Positions 48,464-58,757 of a DNA stretch of 64,000 nucleotides are shown piece after piece. The translations under genes were made by a program, and so were the position numbers. The stretch is from Candidatus Cloacimonadales bacterium (GTDB lineage: Bacteria; Cloacimonadota; Cloacimonadia; Cloacimonadales; JAFGVF01): assembly GCA_963662585.1 (NCBI GenBank), contig OY759729.1, positions 576,001 to 640,000 on the forward strand. The letters are read 5' to 3'. The notes beneath the pieces were generated by a model. That model ran no database searches and was not told the origin of the DNA. It saw nothing but the letters and a program-made list of their open reading frames with translations. How positions within the stretch are numbered: the stretch's first letter is position 1; the number at the start of each line of letters is the position of its first letter.

Positions 48464-50197
48464 CTACTTTTCAAACTCCACAGGAAGAATAGTTTGGATA
48501 GGATGCTTTTCAAAGCTATCTAAAATTAACTTTTGTTGATAAAGTTCTTTAGAGGTTCCCTTGAATATCATACTTTTAAGTTCTGTCATACCAAATCTTT
48601 CGGTTAACATATACTGAAACAAGTCTTTTCTAACTGGGAAATTCTCTCTAACATAACTTTGAACATTTGCTAAGCGTGAGGCTTCAGTGATGGCATCTTT
48701 AAGAGAGCCAAGTTCATCAATCAAACCATTTTCTTGAGCTGAAAGTGCATCCCAAATTTGACCTTGGGCTACTTTTTCAATATCATCAAGAGTAGCAAAC
48801 TTACTTTCTCTACCTGTTTTAACAATCTTTTTAAAAGATTTATAGACAACATCAGCTGAGCCTTTTAGGGCTACTATTTGTTGTTCCGAAACACCGTTTA
48901 AGGTATTTAGCCAAGTACTTTTTTTACCGTATTCTAGTTTTTCGTGTTTTATGCCAATCTTATCTTGTAATTTCTTAGCATCAGGAACCATTTGAACTAC
49001 TCCAATGGAGCCTGTAATTGAGTAAGGGTCAGCAAATATCTTATCACTTGCCATGCTTATCATGTAACCACCTGAGGCAGCTACATCACCCATTGAAACT
49101 ACAACTGGCATTCTCTTGTTAAGTTTTTTTAAACTTTGTAAAATTTCTTCAGATTCTAAAGCACTACCACCTGGGCTATTAACTCTTAATACGCAAGCCT
49201 TGATTGACTTATCTTTTAAAATATCGTCCACTGCATCTTCTATCCAATCAGAAGAGAGTACTGAAAAGTCGCTATCTAAAGGCATAATACTGCCATTGAG
49301 ATATAAAACTGCTATTTTATCATATAATTTTTTATCTATATTGGATTTGAATCCCACAAGGTATTTCTGGTATTCAATCTCATTTTCAAATCTATTTTTT
49401 TCTTCTTTCATAAAAGCTGATTCGAAAGCTTTCTTTTGAACCATACTTGTCATTATGGCTTCATCAGGTTCTAAAAACATATAATTTTCATTGTTAATAA
49501 TGCTTTCCACAACAATTGAAGAAACTTTAAGTTGCTGTGATAATTGATTAACAAATTGTTCATATCTTGATTTTAGTATTCTATTTAAGTTTTCTTTAGT
49601 TTCTTCAGACATATAATCATGCGAGTATTGAGTGCCATAATCTTTATATTTTCCAGCACTAATAACATGCATTTCTATGCCTAATTTATCAAACATATTT
49701 TTATAATATGCCATATCAACGCCAAAGCCTTTGAGGAAGATACCAGCAGATGAGCTTTCTGAAATAGTAATTTCATCGGCTGTTGAGGCAAGCAACATAT
49801 CTGCATTTGAAGCCATAGTTAAATATGCTATAACGATTTTACCTGAACTCTTAAAATCTTCAATTGCATTTATCACTTCATTAAGAGAAGCATAACCCAA
49901 AATAGCCATTTGAGGCTTTAGAAGGATTCCGTCGATTCGAGAATCTGTTTTAGCTTTTTTGATAGCATCTACTATATCGAAAACTGTATTTTGATTATTA
50001 AAAAATTGATTATTAGAAAAACGCGAATATTCAGTAACAGGACCTTGAATAGAAATAGTTAACAGAGAATTGTCTTTGATAGTAACTAAATCTTTAGAAG
50101 AGATTTTGGATATACCGTAAATAATTCCACCAAAAACCACCATTAATATCAGTATTGATGTTAAACATCCAAATCCGTAATAAGCACCTTTTTTCAT
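48464..50197 (-). CDS. sppA: Signal peptide peptidase SppA (67K type)
   Basis: Duplicated S49 domain; AGKYK, RVNSPGGS, SMGDVAASGGY, ITGSIGV and GLIDELG motifs. Confidence 0.95.
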   Translation of the reverse strand: MKKGAYYGFGCLTSILILMVVFGGIIYGISKISSKDLVTIKDNSLLTISIQGPVTEYSRFSNNQFFNNQNTVFDIVDAIKKAKTDSRIDGILLKPQMAILGYASLNEVINAIEDFKSSGKIVIAYLTMASNADMLLASTADEITISESSSAGIFLKGFGVDMAYYKNMFDKLGIEMHVISAGKYKDYGTQYSHDYMSEETKENLNRILKSRYEQFVNQLSQQLKVSSIVVESIINNENYMFLEPDEAIMTSMVQKKAFESAFMKEEKNRFENEIEYQKYLVGFKSNIDKKLYDKIAVLYLNGSIMPLDSDFSVLSSDWIEDAVDDILKDKSIKACVLRVNSPGGSALESEEILQSLKKLNKRMPVVVSMGDVAASGGYMISMASDKIFADPYSITGSIGVVQMVPDAKKLQDKIGIKHEKLEYGKKSTWLNTLNGVSEQQIVALKGSADVVYKSFKKIVKTGRESKFATLDDIEKVAQGQIWDALSAQENGLIDELGSLKDAITEASRLANVQSYVRENFPVRKDLFQYMLTERFGMTELKSMIFKGTSKELYQQKLILDSFEKHPIQTILPVEFEK

Positions 50198-50343
50198 CTA
50201 TTTCTCCTAAACAAAAATTTGATTTTAATATATTTATTTTTTCCTAAATCTACTAAAATATTATTAATTACAATGTCAAGTAATAAATAAACTTTTATTG
50301 AATGATAGGCTGATACTTATTAGATATGTAATAACAAAAGCAA

Positions 50344-50366
50344 AAAGCCCTGCAATGCAGGGCTTT
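50344..50366 (-). terminator. Rho-independent terminator
   Basis: AAAGCCCTGCA-a-TGCAGGGCTTT. Confidence 0.8.
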
Positions 50367-50386
50367 AAGATATAGTTTAAGAAAGA

Positions 50387-52051
50387 TTAGAAACTAGTTT
50401 CTAATCTTTCGTTTAATTCTCTAAGTCTAGCTAAACGAGATTCTACAATATTGAGAACCTTTGGTTGAGTAGTAACTTTGTTTGCTTGGTTAAGATTTTC
50501 TTCAGCTTGTCTGTAAAGTTGACTAGCTTCTTCTTTAGCTTGATCTCTTTGGTTAGCTAATGATTCTGCTTTAGAACCAGTAGCTTTAGGGATTTCAGAG
50601 TTAAATTTAGCAGCTGCTTGGAATTTCTCTAAACCTAAAGTCTGTTTAATTTGAGCAGATAATAAGAATGGAGCGTAGTTGTTAGCACTAAAAATCATAG
50701 CTTTTTCTACATTAGTAGTAGCTTTAGAATAATCTTTTTCTTCAAGATATAGATTAGCTAAACGAGTGTAAACAACACCGTTAGTATTATCGATTTTCAC
50801 AACAGCATTATATTCTTTGGTAGCTTTTTGTTTATAACTTGAAGCTGTCTTTGTTTTACCTTCTTTTTCAGCATCTTTAGCTGCAGAGAGGTACATATTA
50901 GCAAGATTTAAACGAGCATTAATATTATTTTTGTCTTTTTTAACAATAGCTTCATAATTCTCAATAGCTTGAGCAATTTGGCCAGTTTGTTGGTAAGCAG
51001 AAACTAAGTTAGAAACAACAATATCATCTTCTGGGAAGAGTTCTACAGCTTGTTCTAAGTAAGGAATAGCTTCTTGGTAGTCCTGCATATCATAAAGCAC
51101 ATTAGCATAGCGATAGATAGCATCTGCATCAGTACTATCTTTTTTAATAGCTTTAAATACAGCTTCGCCCATGCCATTGAGGTCATTAATTCTAGCATAG
51201 AGGTCAGCTAAAAGTAACCAATCATCTTTAGTATCTCTGATTTCAACAATTTTTCTAGTTGGAACAGTAGCTTCTCTATACATACCTTGTCTGAGGTAAA
51301 CTTGAGCTTGTTTGTCAAGATAATCAATATTTCCAGTAGTATCGGCATCAACTAAGTAATCGAAATAACCGAGAGCATCGTCATATTTTTCTTCTTGAAG
51401 GTTAATCAATCCAAGGTAGTAATAAGGTTCATCAAGTGAAGGATCAATTTGTTTAATATTCTCGAAAGACTCTTGAGCGACATCGTATCTTCTAGTGTTG
51501 TAAGCTTGTTTAGCAATTTCGACTAAAGTTAACATTTCAGTAGTAACGAAGTCATCGATTTTACCCATAAAATCATCATTTAAGGTAGCTAATCTAGCAT
51601 CTCTGTTTTTAACAACATTAGCTCTACCAGCTGACACATTACCAGTTCTCATTGAGAAAAGGTTATAGATTAATTTAAATTGAGGGTTTCTTATTTCTTC
51701 AATAGTCATTGTGATAACTAAGTCAGCACCTAACTCTTTTCCAATATCAAGGATTTCTTCTTTATCCAATTCATCAACTGCAATATCGCCATAATCATCA
51801 TAGACTCTAGCAACAAGGTCAGAGTCAATTAAAATAAACTCTGCTGTTTGGTCAAAAACTAACTGAAGATCTCTAACTTCCATAATTTTTTTGATATAGC
51901 CACTTTGATTATCTAATTTTTCCAGTGGAAGAATAGCTACTTTTAGAGCTCCATCCACTTTCTCAACTTTCTCCAGATCATCAAATGAACTGACATTCAT
52001 ACTACAGGCAAATAGAAATGCACTCAATATTAGTACAATGAGTTTTCTCAT
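50387..52051 (-). CDS. TPR-repeat lipoprotein
   Basis: Lipobox LFAC; multiple TPR-like repeats (YYYLGLI..Y..A; YRYANVLY..Y..AI..LEQAV). Confidence 0.85.
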   Translation of the reverse strand: MRKLIVLILSAFLFACSMNVSSFDDLEKVEKVDGALKVAILPLEKLDNQSGYIKKIMEVRDLQLVFDQTAEFILIDSDLVARVYDDYGDIAVDELDKEEILDIGKELGADLVITMTIEEIRNPQFKLIYNLFSMRTGNVSAGRANVVKNRDARLATLNDDFMGKIDDFVTTEMLTLVEIAKQAYNTRRYDVAQESFENIKQIDPSLDEPYYYLGLINLQEEKYDDALGYFDYLVDADTTGNIDYLDKQAQVYLRQGMYREATVPTRKIVEIRDTKDDWLLLADLYARINDLNGMGEAVFKAIKKDSTDADAIYRYANVLYDMQDYQEAIPYLEQAVELFPEDDIVVSNLVSAYQQTGQIAQAIENYEAIVKKDKNNINARLNLANMYLSAAKDAEKEGKTKTASSYKQKATKEYNAVVKIDNTNGVVYTRLANLYLEEKDYSKATTNVEKAMIFSANNYAPFLLSAQIKQTLGLEKFQAAAKFNSEIPKATGSKAESLANQRDQAKEEASQLYRQAEENLNQANKVTTQPKVLNIVESRLARLRELNERLETSF

Positions 52052-52133
52052 ATATCCTCCACGATAATATTCTTTTATTAAAAAAAATTTACTTTCTATT
52101 ATAAGTCAATACTTTTCTTTATTTTTTTCTAAA

Positions 52134-52880
52134 TTAGTCAATTTCGACAATGCTTCCAGAGTAGAAAGGCTGAATAATATTCTCATCTAATTCTAAGATT
52201 AAAGCCCCTTTTTTGTTTATTTTAAGGACTCTACCGCGAAATATTTGGAATTCAGTATCTAGAGAAATGAATCTACCTTTTAGGAAGTCAAATTGATTAT
52301 AGTAATTTTGATATTCTTCAAATCCATGTTCAACAAAAATAGGTAATTGTTGATATAATTTGTCTAAAAATGCTTTCATTAAGAAAGAGTTGTTTATTTC
52401 GATATTGAGATAGTCTTTTAAGGAAACAGCAATATTGGAAAGTTCCAGAGGCATTTCTGAGATATTGGTATCTAGCCCAATGCCACAGATAAGATATTTT
52501 GCCCAAGAATAGTAGGAAGTTAGAATTCCGCATACTTTTCTATTTTCTAGCATGATATCATTGGGCCATTTAATTTTCAAGACATTTTTAAGTGAGGGGT
52601 AGATTTCTGTGATAGTTTGATGAATCAACACTGCCATTAGAAGGGTAATAGAGCTATCTTGAATAACATTATATAATCCGAGACTAAACCAAAGTCCTCC
52701 TTGAGGTGAGTGCCACAAGTTTTTCTTCCTCCCACTTCCAGCAGATTGTTCATCAGCGATAATGAGAAAATTACCTTTGATCATATTATCTTTGATTAAA
52801 GAAAGGGCGTAAGCAGAAGTGCTGTTCAGTTTATTCTTTTGAATTATCTCATCAAATAATGGATGTTCATCAATTATCAC
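52134..52880 (-). CDS. birA: Biotin-[acetyl-CoA carboxylase] ligase (no N-terminal HTH)
   Basis: ADEQSAGSGR..WHSP.GGLWFS, IKWPND..RKVCGIL and GIGL motifs. Confidence 0.92.
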   Translation of the reverse strand: MIIDEHPLFDEIIQKNKLNSTSAYALSLIKDNMIKGNFLIIADEQSAGSGRKKNLWHSPQGGLWFSLGLYNVIQDSSITLLMAVLIHQTITEIYPSLKNVLKIKWPNDIMLENRKVCGILTSYYSWAKYLICGIGLDTNISEMPLELSNIAVSLKDYLNIEINNSFLMKAFLDKLYQQLPIFVEHGFEEYQNYYNQFDFLKGRFISLDTEFQIFRGRVLKINKKGALILELDENIIQPFYSGSIVEID

Positions 52881-52888
52881 AATATCTC

Positions 52889-53929
52889 CTAAGTTATTAG
52901 CATTGCATCACCATAGCTAAAGAATCTATATTTTTCAGCTACAGCAATTTTGTAGGCGTTCATAACATTCTCATAACCAGCAAAGGCTGAGATCATCATT
53001 ATTAGTGTTGATTCTGGCATGTGGAAATTAGTAATCATAGCATCAATAATCTGGAAATCTTTCCCTGGATAGATAAAGATACTTGTCCATTTATCACCAA
53101 ATTCAACTCTATTATCTTTAGCAAAACTTTCTAAGGTGCGAGTAGAAGTAGTTCCAACAGCTATTACTCTTCGTCCTTCTTCTTTTGCTTTATTAATTAT
53201 ATTAGCACTTTCTTGGCTAATACTGCAATATTCTGAGTGCATTTTATGTTCTTCAATATTGTCTGTTTTCACTGGTCTAAAAGTACCTAAGCCTACATGA
53301 AGCAGAACTTCAGTAATTTCAACACCCTTGTTCTTGAGGGCTTCAAATAACTCATCAGTGAAGTGTAATCCCGCTGTTGGGGCTGCTACAGAACCTTTAA
53401 TCTTTGCATAGATAGTTTGATAAGTAGCACTATCTGATTCCTCGGCTTCTCTTTTAATATAAGGAGGAAGTGGGATGTTTCCAGCTTCACTTAAAGCTGA
53501 CCAAAAGTTACCTTCATAGTCAAACTCAATGAGTCTACTTCCTTCTGTAGAAATATCTTTAACAATTCCTGAAAATTTATCATTGACTGTTATTTTTGTT
53601 CCAACAGGACATTTTCTACCAGGTCTAACTAAGCATCTCCAAGTATCATTTACTACATGACTTAGTAAGAAAACTTCAATCTTTGCTCCAGTATCTCTAT
53701 TCCCAATTAAGCGAGCAGGAATAACCTTAGTTGAATTAACAACCAGAAGATCACCTTTTTCAAAATAATCAATTATCCTGGAGAATTGACTATGGCTTAC
53801 TTGCCCATTTTCTTTATTCAATGTTAAAAGTCTAGAACTACTACGCTGACTCAAAGGGTATTGAGCAATTAATTCTTCCGGTAAATCATAATGATAAGAA
53901 CTTTTTTTTAATAAATCTATTTCACTCAT
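52889..53929 (-). CDS. queA: tRNA preQ1(34) SAM ribosyltransferase-isomerase
   Basis: LPEELIAQ, PLPPYI, GSVAAPTAGLHF, LHVGLGTFRPV and YRFFSYGDAM motifs. Confidence 0.98.
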   Translation of the reverse strand: MSEIDLLKKSSYHYDLPEELIAQYPLSQRSSSRLLTLNKENGQVSHSQFSRIIDYFEKGDLLVVNSTKVIPARLIGNRDTGAKIEVFLLSHVVNDTWRCLVRPGRKCPVGTKITVNDKFSGIVKDISTEGSRLIEFDYEGNFWSALSEAGNIPLPPYIKREAEESDSATYQTIYAKIKGSVAAPTAGLHFTDELFEALKNKGVEITEVLLHVGLGTFRPVKTDNIEEHKMHSEYCSISQESANIINKAKEEGRRVIAVGTTSTRTLESFAKDNRVEFGDKWTSIFIYPGKDFQIIDAMITNFHMPESTLIMMISAFAGYENVMNAYKIAVAEKYRFFSYGDAMLIT

Positions 53930-53934
53930 AATAA

Positions 53935-54687
53935 CTATAATTTTCCACCTGTTATATAAATTTCTTCTCCTGAAATTAAGCGATTATCTTCCGATAAGAG
54001 AAATTCGCAACTTGTTAAGATATCACGAGCTTCAACCAATTTTTGCAAAGGTGTTTCTTGCAATTCCTTTTCAAAGTACTTTTTTCTAAACTCTTGATAA
54101 TCTTGGGTAAAGTGCGATTGATCTGCCTTAACCGGTCCAGGAGATAAAATATTAATTATGATATTATCTTTGCCGTATTCTAAGGCGACAGTACGGGCTA
54201 GATTAGCCAGAGCACCTTTAGATACAGCATAAGCAGAACCATTCTTCAAACCAGTCCTGCTAATATTCGATCCAATAATAACAATCCTTCCCCCTTTAAC
54301 TTGCTGATAATAGGGCAAGACATTATAAAGAAGGTTATAAGAAGAAAAGATATTCATTTCAACTACAGAATACCACTTTTGGGGATCTGTTTCAGTTAAG
54401 GGAAGAAAATCACTACTTCTTAAAGCTGGGGTATGAATTAGCTGAGCTGGAATAAAAGTAAATCTCTGTAGAAAATCAGTAAAGACTTCTTTTACTTCTG
54501 CATGATTAGTTAAATCACACTCTTTAACTACCAGCTTATTCGGATATTTAGTTATTAGCGAACTAATTCTATCTCTATGATTATGAATTAAAGCAAGAAC
54601 AAAATAATCTTTAATAAGATATTCTTCAGTAAGAAAAGACCCAATAGCACCATTAGCGCCCGTTATTATTATTGCTTTTTCTTCCAT
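53935..54687 (-). CDS. SDR family NAD(P)-dependent oxidoreductase
   Basis: TGANGAIG Rossmann motif, YAVSK catalytic motif, IN.LSPG. Confidence 0.9.
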   Translation of the reverse strand: MEEKAIIITGANGAIGSFLTEEYLIKDYFVLALIHNHRDRISSLITKYPNKLVVKECDLTNHAEVKEVFTDFLQRFTFIPAQLIHTPALRSSDFLPLTETDPQKWYSVVEMNIFSSYNLLYNVLPYYQQVKGGRIVIIGSNISRTGLKNGSAYAVSKGALANLARTVALEYGKDNIIINILSPGPVKADQSHFTQDYQEFRKKYFEKELQETPLQKLVEARDILTSCEFLLSEDNRLISGEEIYITGGKL

Positions 54688-54723
54688 AGTTCTACCCTTA
54701 GTTTATAAGACAATTTATCTTCA

Positions 54724-55908
54724 TTAATATTTATTTACATCTTTTTTTATTGCTTCTATTGTGTCAACAATCTTGTGAGCTAATTCAAATTTGGAGCCTT
54801 TAAACTCTTCTACTGAATGGGAAGTTATCAAATAGGCAGTACTTTGATTGCTTTGAGCCACAGAAATATTATTAGCTACAATTAAATCTAAGTTCTTCTT
54901 TTTTAGTTTTGCTTGCGCATTTTCGATAAGGTTCTCAGATTCTGCTGCAAAACCAACTAAAATTTGCCCTGATTTCTTATGTTCTCCTAGATATTTTAAG
55001 ATATCTTGGGTTCTTTTTAATTGCAGATTCATCTCTTGGCTTTTTTTGATTTTCTGTTCTCTTTTAATTGCAGGTGTATAGTCTGCTACAGCAGCACAAG
55101 AAATAATCACATCAGCCCATTGATACTCTTCTTTCACCTGCATGAACATCTCCTCAGCTGATAAAGTTTGGTGAACATTTTCTAAATAATAAGGAAGGAC
55201 TTGGCTAATTCTGCTATGAATAACAGTCACTTCACTATTTCTTAGATAGCTAGCCCTAGCTAAGGCAATACCCATTTTACCTGAAGAGTGGTTGGTGATG
55301 AAACGCATGGGATCTATATCTTCTTGAGAAGCTCCCATGGTAATTAAATACTTACTATTGAGAGTCTTACTATATTGAAGATAGGTAATTATTGCTGGAA
55401 TAACTTCTTCATTAGGAGGATACTTGCCTCTTCCTTCATAACCACAGGCAAGCATTCCTTTTTCAGGTATCAGAAGATTAATCCCTCGAATTTTAAGAGT
55501 TTCAATATTTGCTTGAACAGCAGGATTATGATACATATTAACATTCATAGCTGGGACAATAACAATTGGTTTGTGAAAAGCTAACGCAGTCGATGTTGCT
55601 AAATCATCGCCAATCCCATTAGCCAATTTACCAATTATATTAGCAGTAGCAGGGGCTACCACCATTATATCAGCCCAATCAGCTAAAGTAATATGAGCTA
55701 TTGGCTCTGCTAAATCAAACTGGTCAGTGTAAGTAGCTTCACCAGTGATAGCTCGAAAGTTAATCTCACTAATAAACTCTAAAGCACTCTTAGTTAAGAT
55801 AGTTCTTACTCTTACTCCTAACTTTTTTAACCTGCTGGCTAAATCTATTGCTTTATAAGCAGCTATTCCACCTGAAACAACTAATACTATCTTTTTATCT
55901 TTTAACAT
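54724..55908 (-). CDS. coaBC: Bifunctional phosphopantothenoylcysteine decarboxylase/ligase
   Basis: GGIAAYK, APATAN, PAMN..M, LACG..G.G, IDPMRFITNHSSGKMG, AAVADY and GFAAES motifs. Confidence 0.97.
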   Translation of the reverse strand: MLKDKKIVLVVSGGIAAYKAIDLASRLKKLGVRVRTILTKSALEFISEINFRAITGEATYTDQFDLAEPIAHITLADWADIMVVAPATANIIGKLANGIGDDLATSTALAFHKPIVIVPAMNVNMYHNPAVQANIETLKIRGINLLIPEKGMLACGYEGRGKYPPNEEVIPAIITYLQYSKTLNSKYLITMGASQEDIDPMRFITNHSSGKMGIALARASYLRNSEVTVIHSRISQVLPYYLENVHQTLSAEEMFMQVKEEYQWADVIISCAAVADYTPAIKREQKIKKSQEMNLQLKRTQDILKYLGEHKKSGQILVGFAAESENLIENAQAKLKKKNLDLIVANNISVAQSNQSTAYLITSHSVEEFKGSKFELAHKIVDTIEAIKKDVNKY

Positions 55909-56112
55909 TTTATCTTACCTTTTTATTTAGTATCTTAAGTAATTATTATTTGTTATTTAGATGTCAAGAAAATTGTAGCTTTTGTTTGATTTCATGAAAG
56001 GAGAATGTTCAAATTATTATATTAAGTTAAGTACACTCTCATTCTTCATAATAAAAACAAGGATAGATTATATTAACTTTTTTAATACATATTCTGAATA
56101 TAATTTTCTTCT

Positions 56113-56856
56113 ATCCCTGAAATGGGATAAGTAGATTAGCCTGGGCGTTGTATCCTGGAAGGATTAACCCCAGGTAAAGAATCCCCACCCATGAAAGTGT
56201 TTCCCTGTAAGGGATTAATACAAATCAATCCCATAAATATTTTTCATTATATTCTATATTATTCTTTTTAATAAACAGCATGAATTCTTCCTTAAAAGTC
56301 ATTTTCTCGTGATGTGCTTCCTGCTTTTTAATGTAATTAATGGTTTTATTCTTTTGTGCTTCTCCAACTGAAAATGCACCATAACCAACTTGCCAATAGA
56401 AATTTGAAAATTCATCTCCTTTTGTTTTTATCCATTTCGATGTGTTCTTTTTTATAACACTCACAATATCCTTTAAGCATACATTTTTGGATAAATTTAG
56501 GAAAATGTGAATATGATCAGAGTATCCTCCAATTTCAATCGGGTATGAATCATGATTTGTAATAATTTTAGCAACATATGCATATAATTGTGTTCGGATA
56601 TCATCATTTTTTAAAAATATCATTCTATTTTTTGTTGAAAATACAATATGCATATATATCATTGATAATGACTGTGACATAATAACTCCTACTTATATTT
56701 TATCATTATATTAAATATATATTTTAGTTATTTTGTCAAATTAATTTTCTATAAATCCCTTTCAGGGATAGGAATGGTGATGGGGATATATCATTCCTGG
56801 GGTTAATCCTTCCAGGATACAACGCCCAGGCTAATCTACTTATCCCTTTCAGGGAT
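56113..56856. mobile_element. Y1 transposase gene with inverted palindromic (REP-like) flanks
   Basis: 56113-56174 and 56796-56856 are reverse complements apart from a 1-nt indel; inner CCCTG(T/A)AAGGGA hairpins near 56203 and 56755. Confidence 0.8.
56225..56680 (-). CDS. tnpA: IS200/IS605-family HUH (Y1) transposase, RAYT-like context
   Basis: HIVFSTKNR, HUH motif DHIHI, FYWQVGYGAFSV and YI..Q catalytic Tyr; no tnpB adjacent. Confidence 0.93.
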   Translation of the reverse strand: MSQSLSMIYMHIVFSTKNRMIFLKNDDIRTQLYAYVAKIITNHDSYPIEIGGYSDHIHIFLNLSKNVCLKDIVSVIKKNTSKWIKTKGDEFSNFYWQVGYGAFSVGEAQKNKTINYIKKQEAHHEKMTFKEEFMLFIKKNNIEYNEKYLWD

Positions 56857-56934
56857 TGTCTTCTGCTAGTGATGTTGAACAGTCTCTCAATTAGTTAGCT
56901 TGAAAAGAATTTACACCCACAATTTGCTATGATA

Positions 56935-57072
56935 TTATTTCATAAGCACCATTTTGTGAGTTGGAAACTTTCCCTCAACTTGAATTTTTATAAAATAAAT
57001 ACAAGAAGAAGCTGTAGCACCAACCGAGTTTTTACCTTCCCACACATAACTATGATAACCTCTATTTAACAA
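56935..57072 (-). pseudogene. Orphan remnant of a FlgD-Ig/T9SS-type C-terminal domain
   Basis: Own translation LLNRGYHSYVWEGKNSVGATASSCIYFIKIQVEGKFPTHKMVLMK* parallels GRHTLVWNGKDNRNKRVASGIYLYKITSDRYSSTKKMILMK of ORF 61862; in-frame stops lie immediately upstream. Confidence 0.78.
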
Positions 57073-57101
57073 TCATTATATGTTTGAAACATTTATTCCC
57101 A

Positions 57102-58418
57102 TTATTGCAATTCAGATATTTCTATAGTCAGAAAGCCCATTTTATTTAGACTTTCTTGAGCAAACTGACATCTTTTATTTCCTTTGGAATCTGTAACTAA
57201 AGGCAGTGAAATATTTTCTGGAATAAAGACGAAAGTATTGCTTGATTGATAGGATTCTTTCCAAGTATTAGCTAATTTTTCGGCAATTTGCTGAGCTTGT
57301 GAAAAGAGATGATTTTTATTGGAAGAATGCGAGTAAAGCTCAGTAATATCATCCTGTTTTTGACCAAGTACTCTTAATACTGCTGAGTTTATCTCTTGGC
57401 TAGTCCAGGGAATATATTCTGTAGAGGGAATAAGAAAATAGTTAGTAAGATTACTTGTTAGATAAGTTATAAAATCTTGTTTTTTTTCTTTAGGTAATGA
57501 AAGTTGCAATTGTAAATCACTGGAAGTAAATTTCAGATTCCTTTCTAGAGAATAGTCATCAATAATTTTTTCAATTTTATTATGATTTTCCTTATCAATT
57601 TTACATGGGTAAAGATTTGTTAAATCAAGTTCTATCTTATCTGCTATCTTCAAGCTATTGCTAATCAATTGATGAGAAAAGTGAAACATGGAAGCCATTT
57701 CTACAGGACTTTTAAAATAATATTCATTACAGGCAAAGCGTTTAGCTTCTGAATGGGTAAAATCCAAATCACTCCGAATTGAGTTTAAAGCATCAATTGC
57801 TATCGAATCACTTGCTTGCAGATAATGGCAATCATTGGCAGCTACAAGAGGAATTTTGCTTTGACCAGCAAGATCTAATAATTTATTCATGGCAATAGCT
57901 TCTTTGGGTAAGCCATGGTTGTGAATCTCATAATAATAATCTTCTCCAAAGATACCCGCATACCAATTCGAAACTTGCAAGGCTTCCTCTTCCCTATCTT
58001 CTAACAAAAGAGTACATAGTTCACCAACCACACTAAAAGACAAACAGATTAGTCCATGAGAATGCTTTTGTAACTGACTCTTTGTAATTTTTGGTTTTTG
58101 AGTATCATACTCATAAGCCAAAGTTATTAATCTATTCAGATTATTAAATCCAGCGAAGTCCTTAGCTAAGAGTATCACAGAAAAAGCTCTTCCATCAGAA
58201 ATATCATTTAAAACTTCAATCTCTAAACCAATTATAGCTTTAATCCCCAGCTTTTTGGCTTTTTCACTAAAATGGAAAGCTCCTGCAATGCTGTTACGAT
58301 CGGTTATAGCGACTGCTGGCATCTCGTGTTTTACAGCTAAATCTAACAATTTTTCAGTATAACAAGCTCCATCTAGCCAAGAATACTCGCTATGAACATG
58401 TAAATGAACAAAACTCAT
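57102..58418 (-). CDS. Truncated DnaE (Pol III alpha) paralogue: PHP domain plus degenerate palm/thumb
   Basis: FVHLHVHSEYS.LDG, AVAITD, GLE, LLAK..GF.NL, ANDCHY and YFKSP.EM; only 438 aa; polymerase Asp motifs not recognisable. Confidence 0.82.
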   Translation of the reverse strand: MSFVHLHVHSEYSWLDGACYTEKLLDLAVKHEMPAVAITDRNSIAGAFHFSEKAKKLGIKAIIGLEIEVLNDISDGRAFSVILLAKDFAGFNNLNRLITLAYEYDTQKPKITKSQLQKHSHGLICLSFSVVGELCTLLLEDREEEALQVSNWYAGIFGEDYYYEIHNHGLPKEAIAMNKLLDLAGQSKIPLVAANDCHYLQASDSIAIDALNSIRSDLDFTHSEAKRFACNEYYFKSPVEMASMFHFSHQLISNSLKIADKIELDLTNLYPCKIDKENHNKIEKIIDDYSLERNLKFTSSDLQLQLSLPKEKKQDFITYLTSNLTNYFLIPSTEYIPWTSQEINSAVLRVLGQKQDDITELYSHSSNKNHLFSQAQQIAEKLANTWKESYQSSNTFVFIPENISLPLVTDSKGNKRCQFAQESLNKMGFLTIEISELQ

Positions 58419-58757
58419 AATTATTCTCCTCTATGAGAAATTTACTTTTATTTTTTTTTACCTCAATGATTATCATTAATTTGTCAATATTATTATTTAA
58501 ATGCTTATGAAAAGGCATTCCATTTTTTTTTGATAAGAGGGTTGAAGCAAAGGGATCTCATCCGATACTCTATAGCCTTTACTTTATTTTCCATTTCTCT
58601 CATCTTCCCTTGCTCCTTCTCACTCAACACATAGATTATTTGAATTTTATTCGAGATGAGTGAGAGTAAGCATTGATAGATCATTAAGAAAGGAAGGAAA
58701 ATACAATAACTACACAATAGCTTTATTTTGTTATACTAAACTAACATCATCTTGCGA

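Noticed and set aside
56989..57046. 19-aa hydrophobic peptide (MCGKVKTRLVLQLLLVFIL) as a type I toxin
   Set aside because: Better explained as an alternative frame of the secretion-domain remnant
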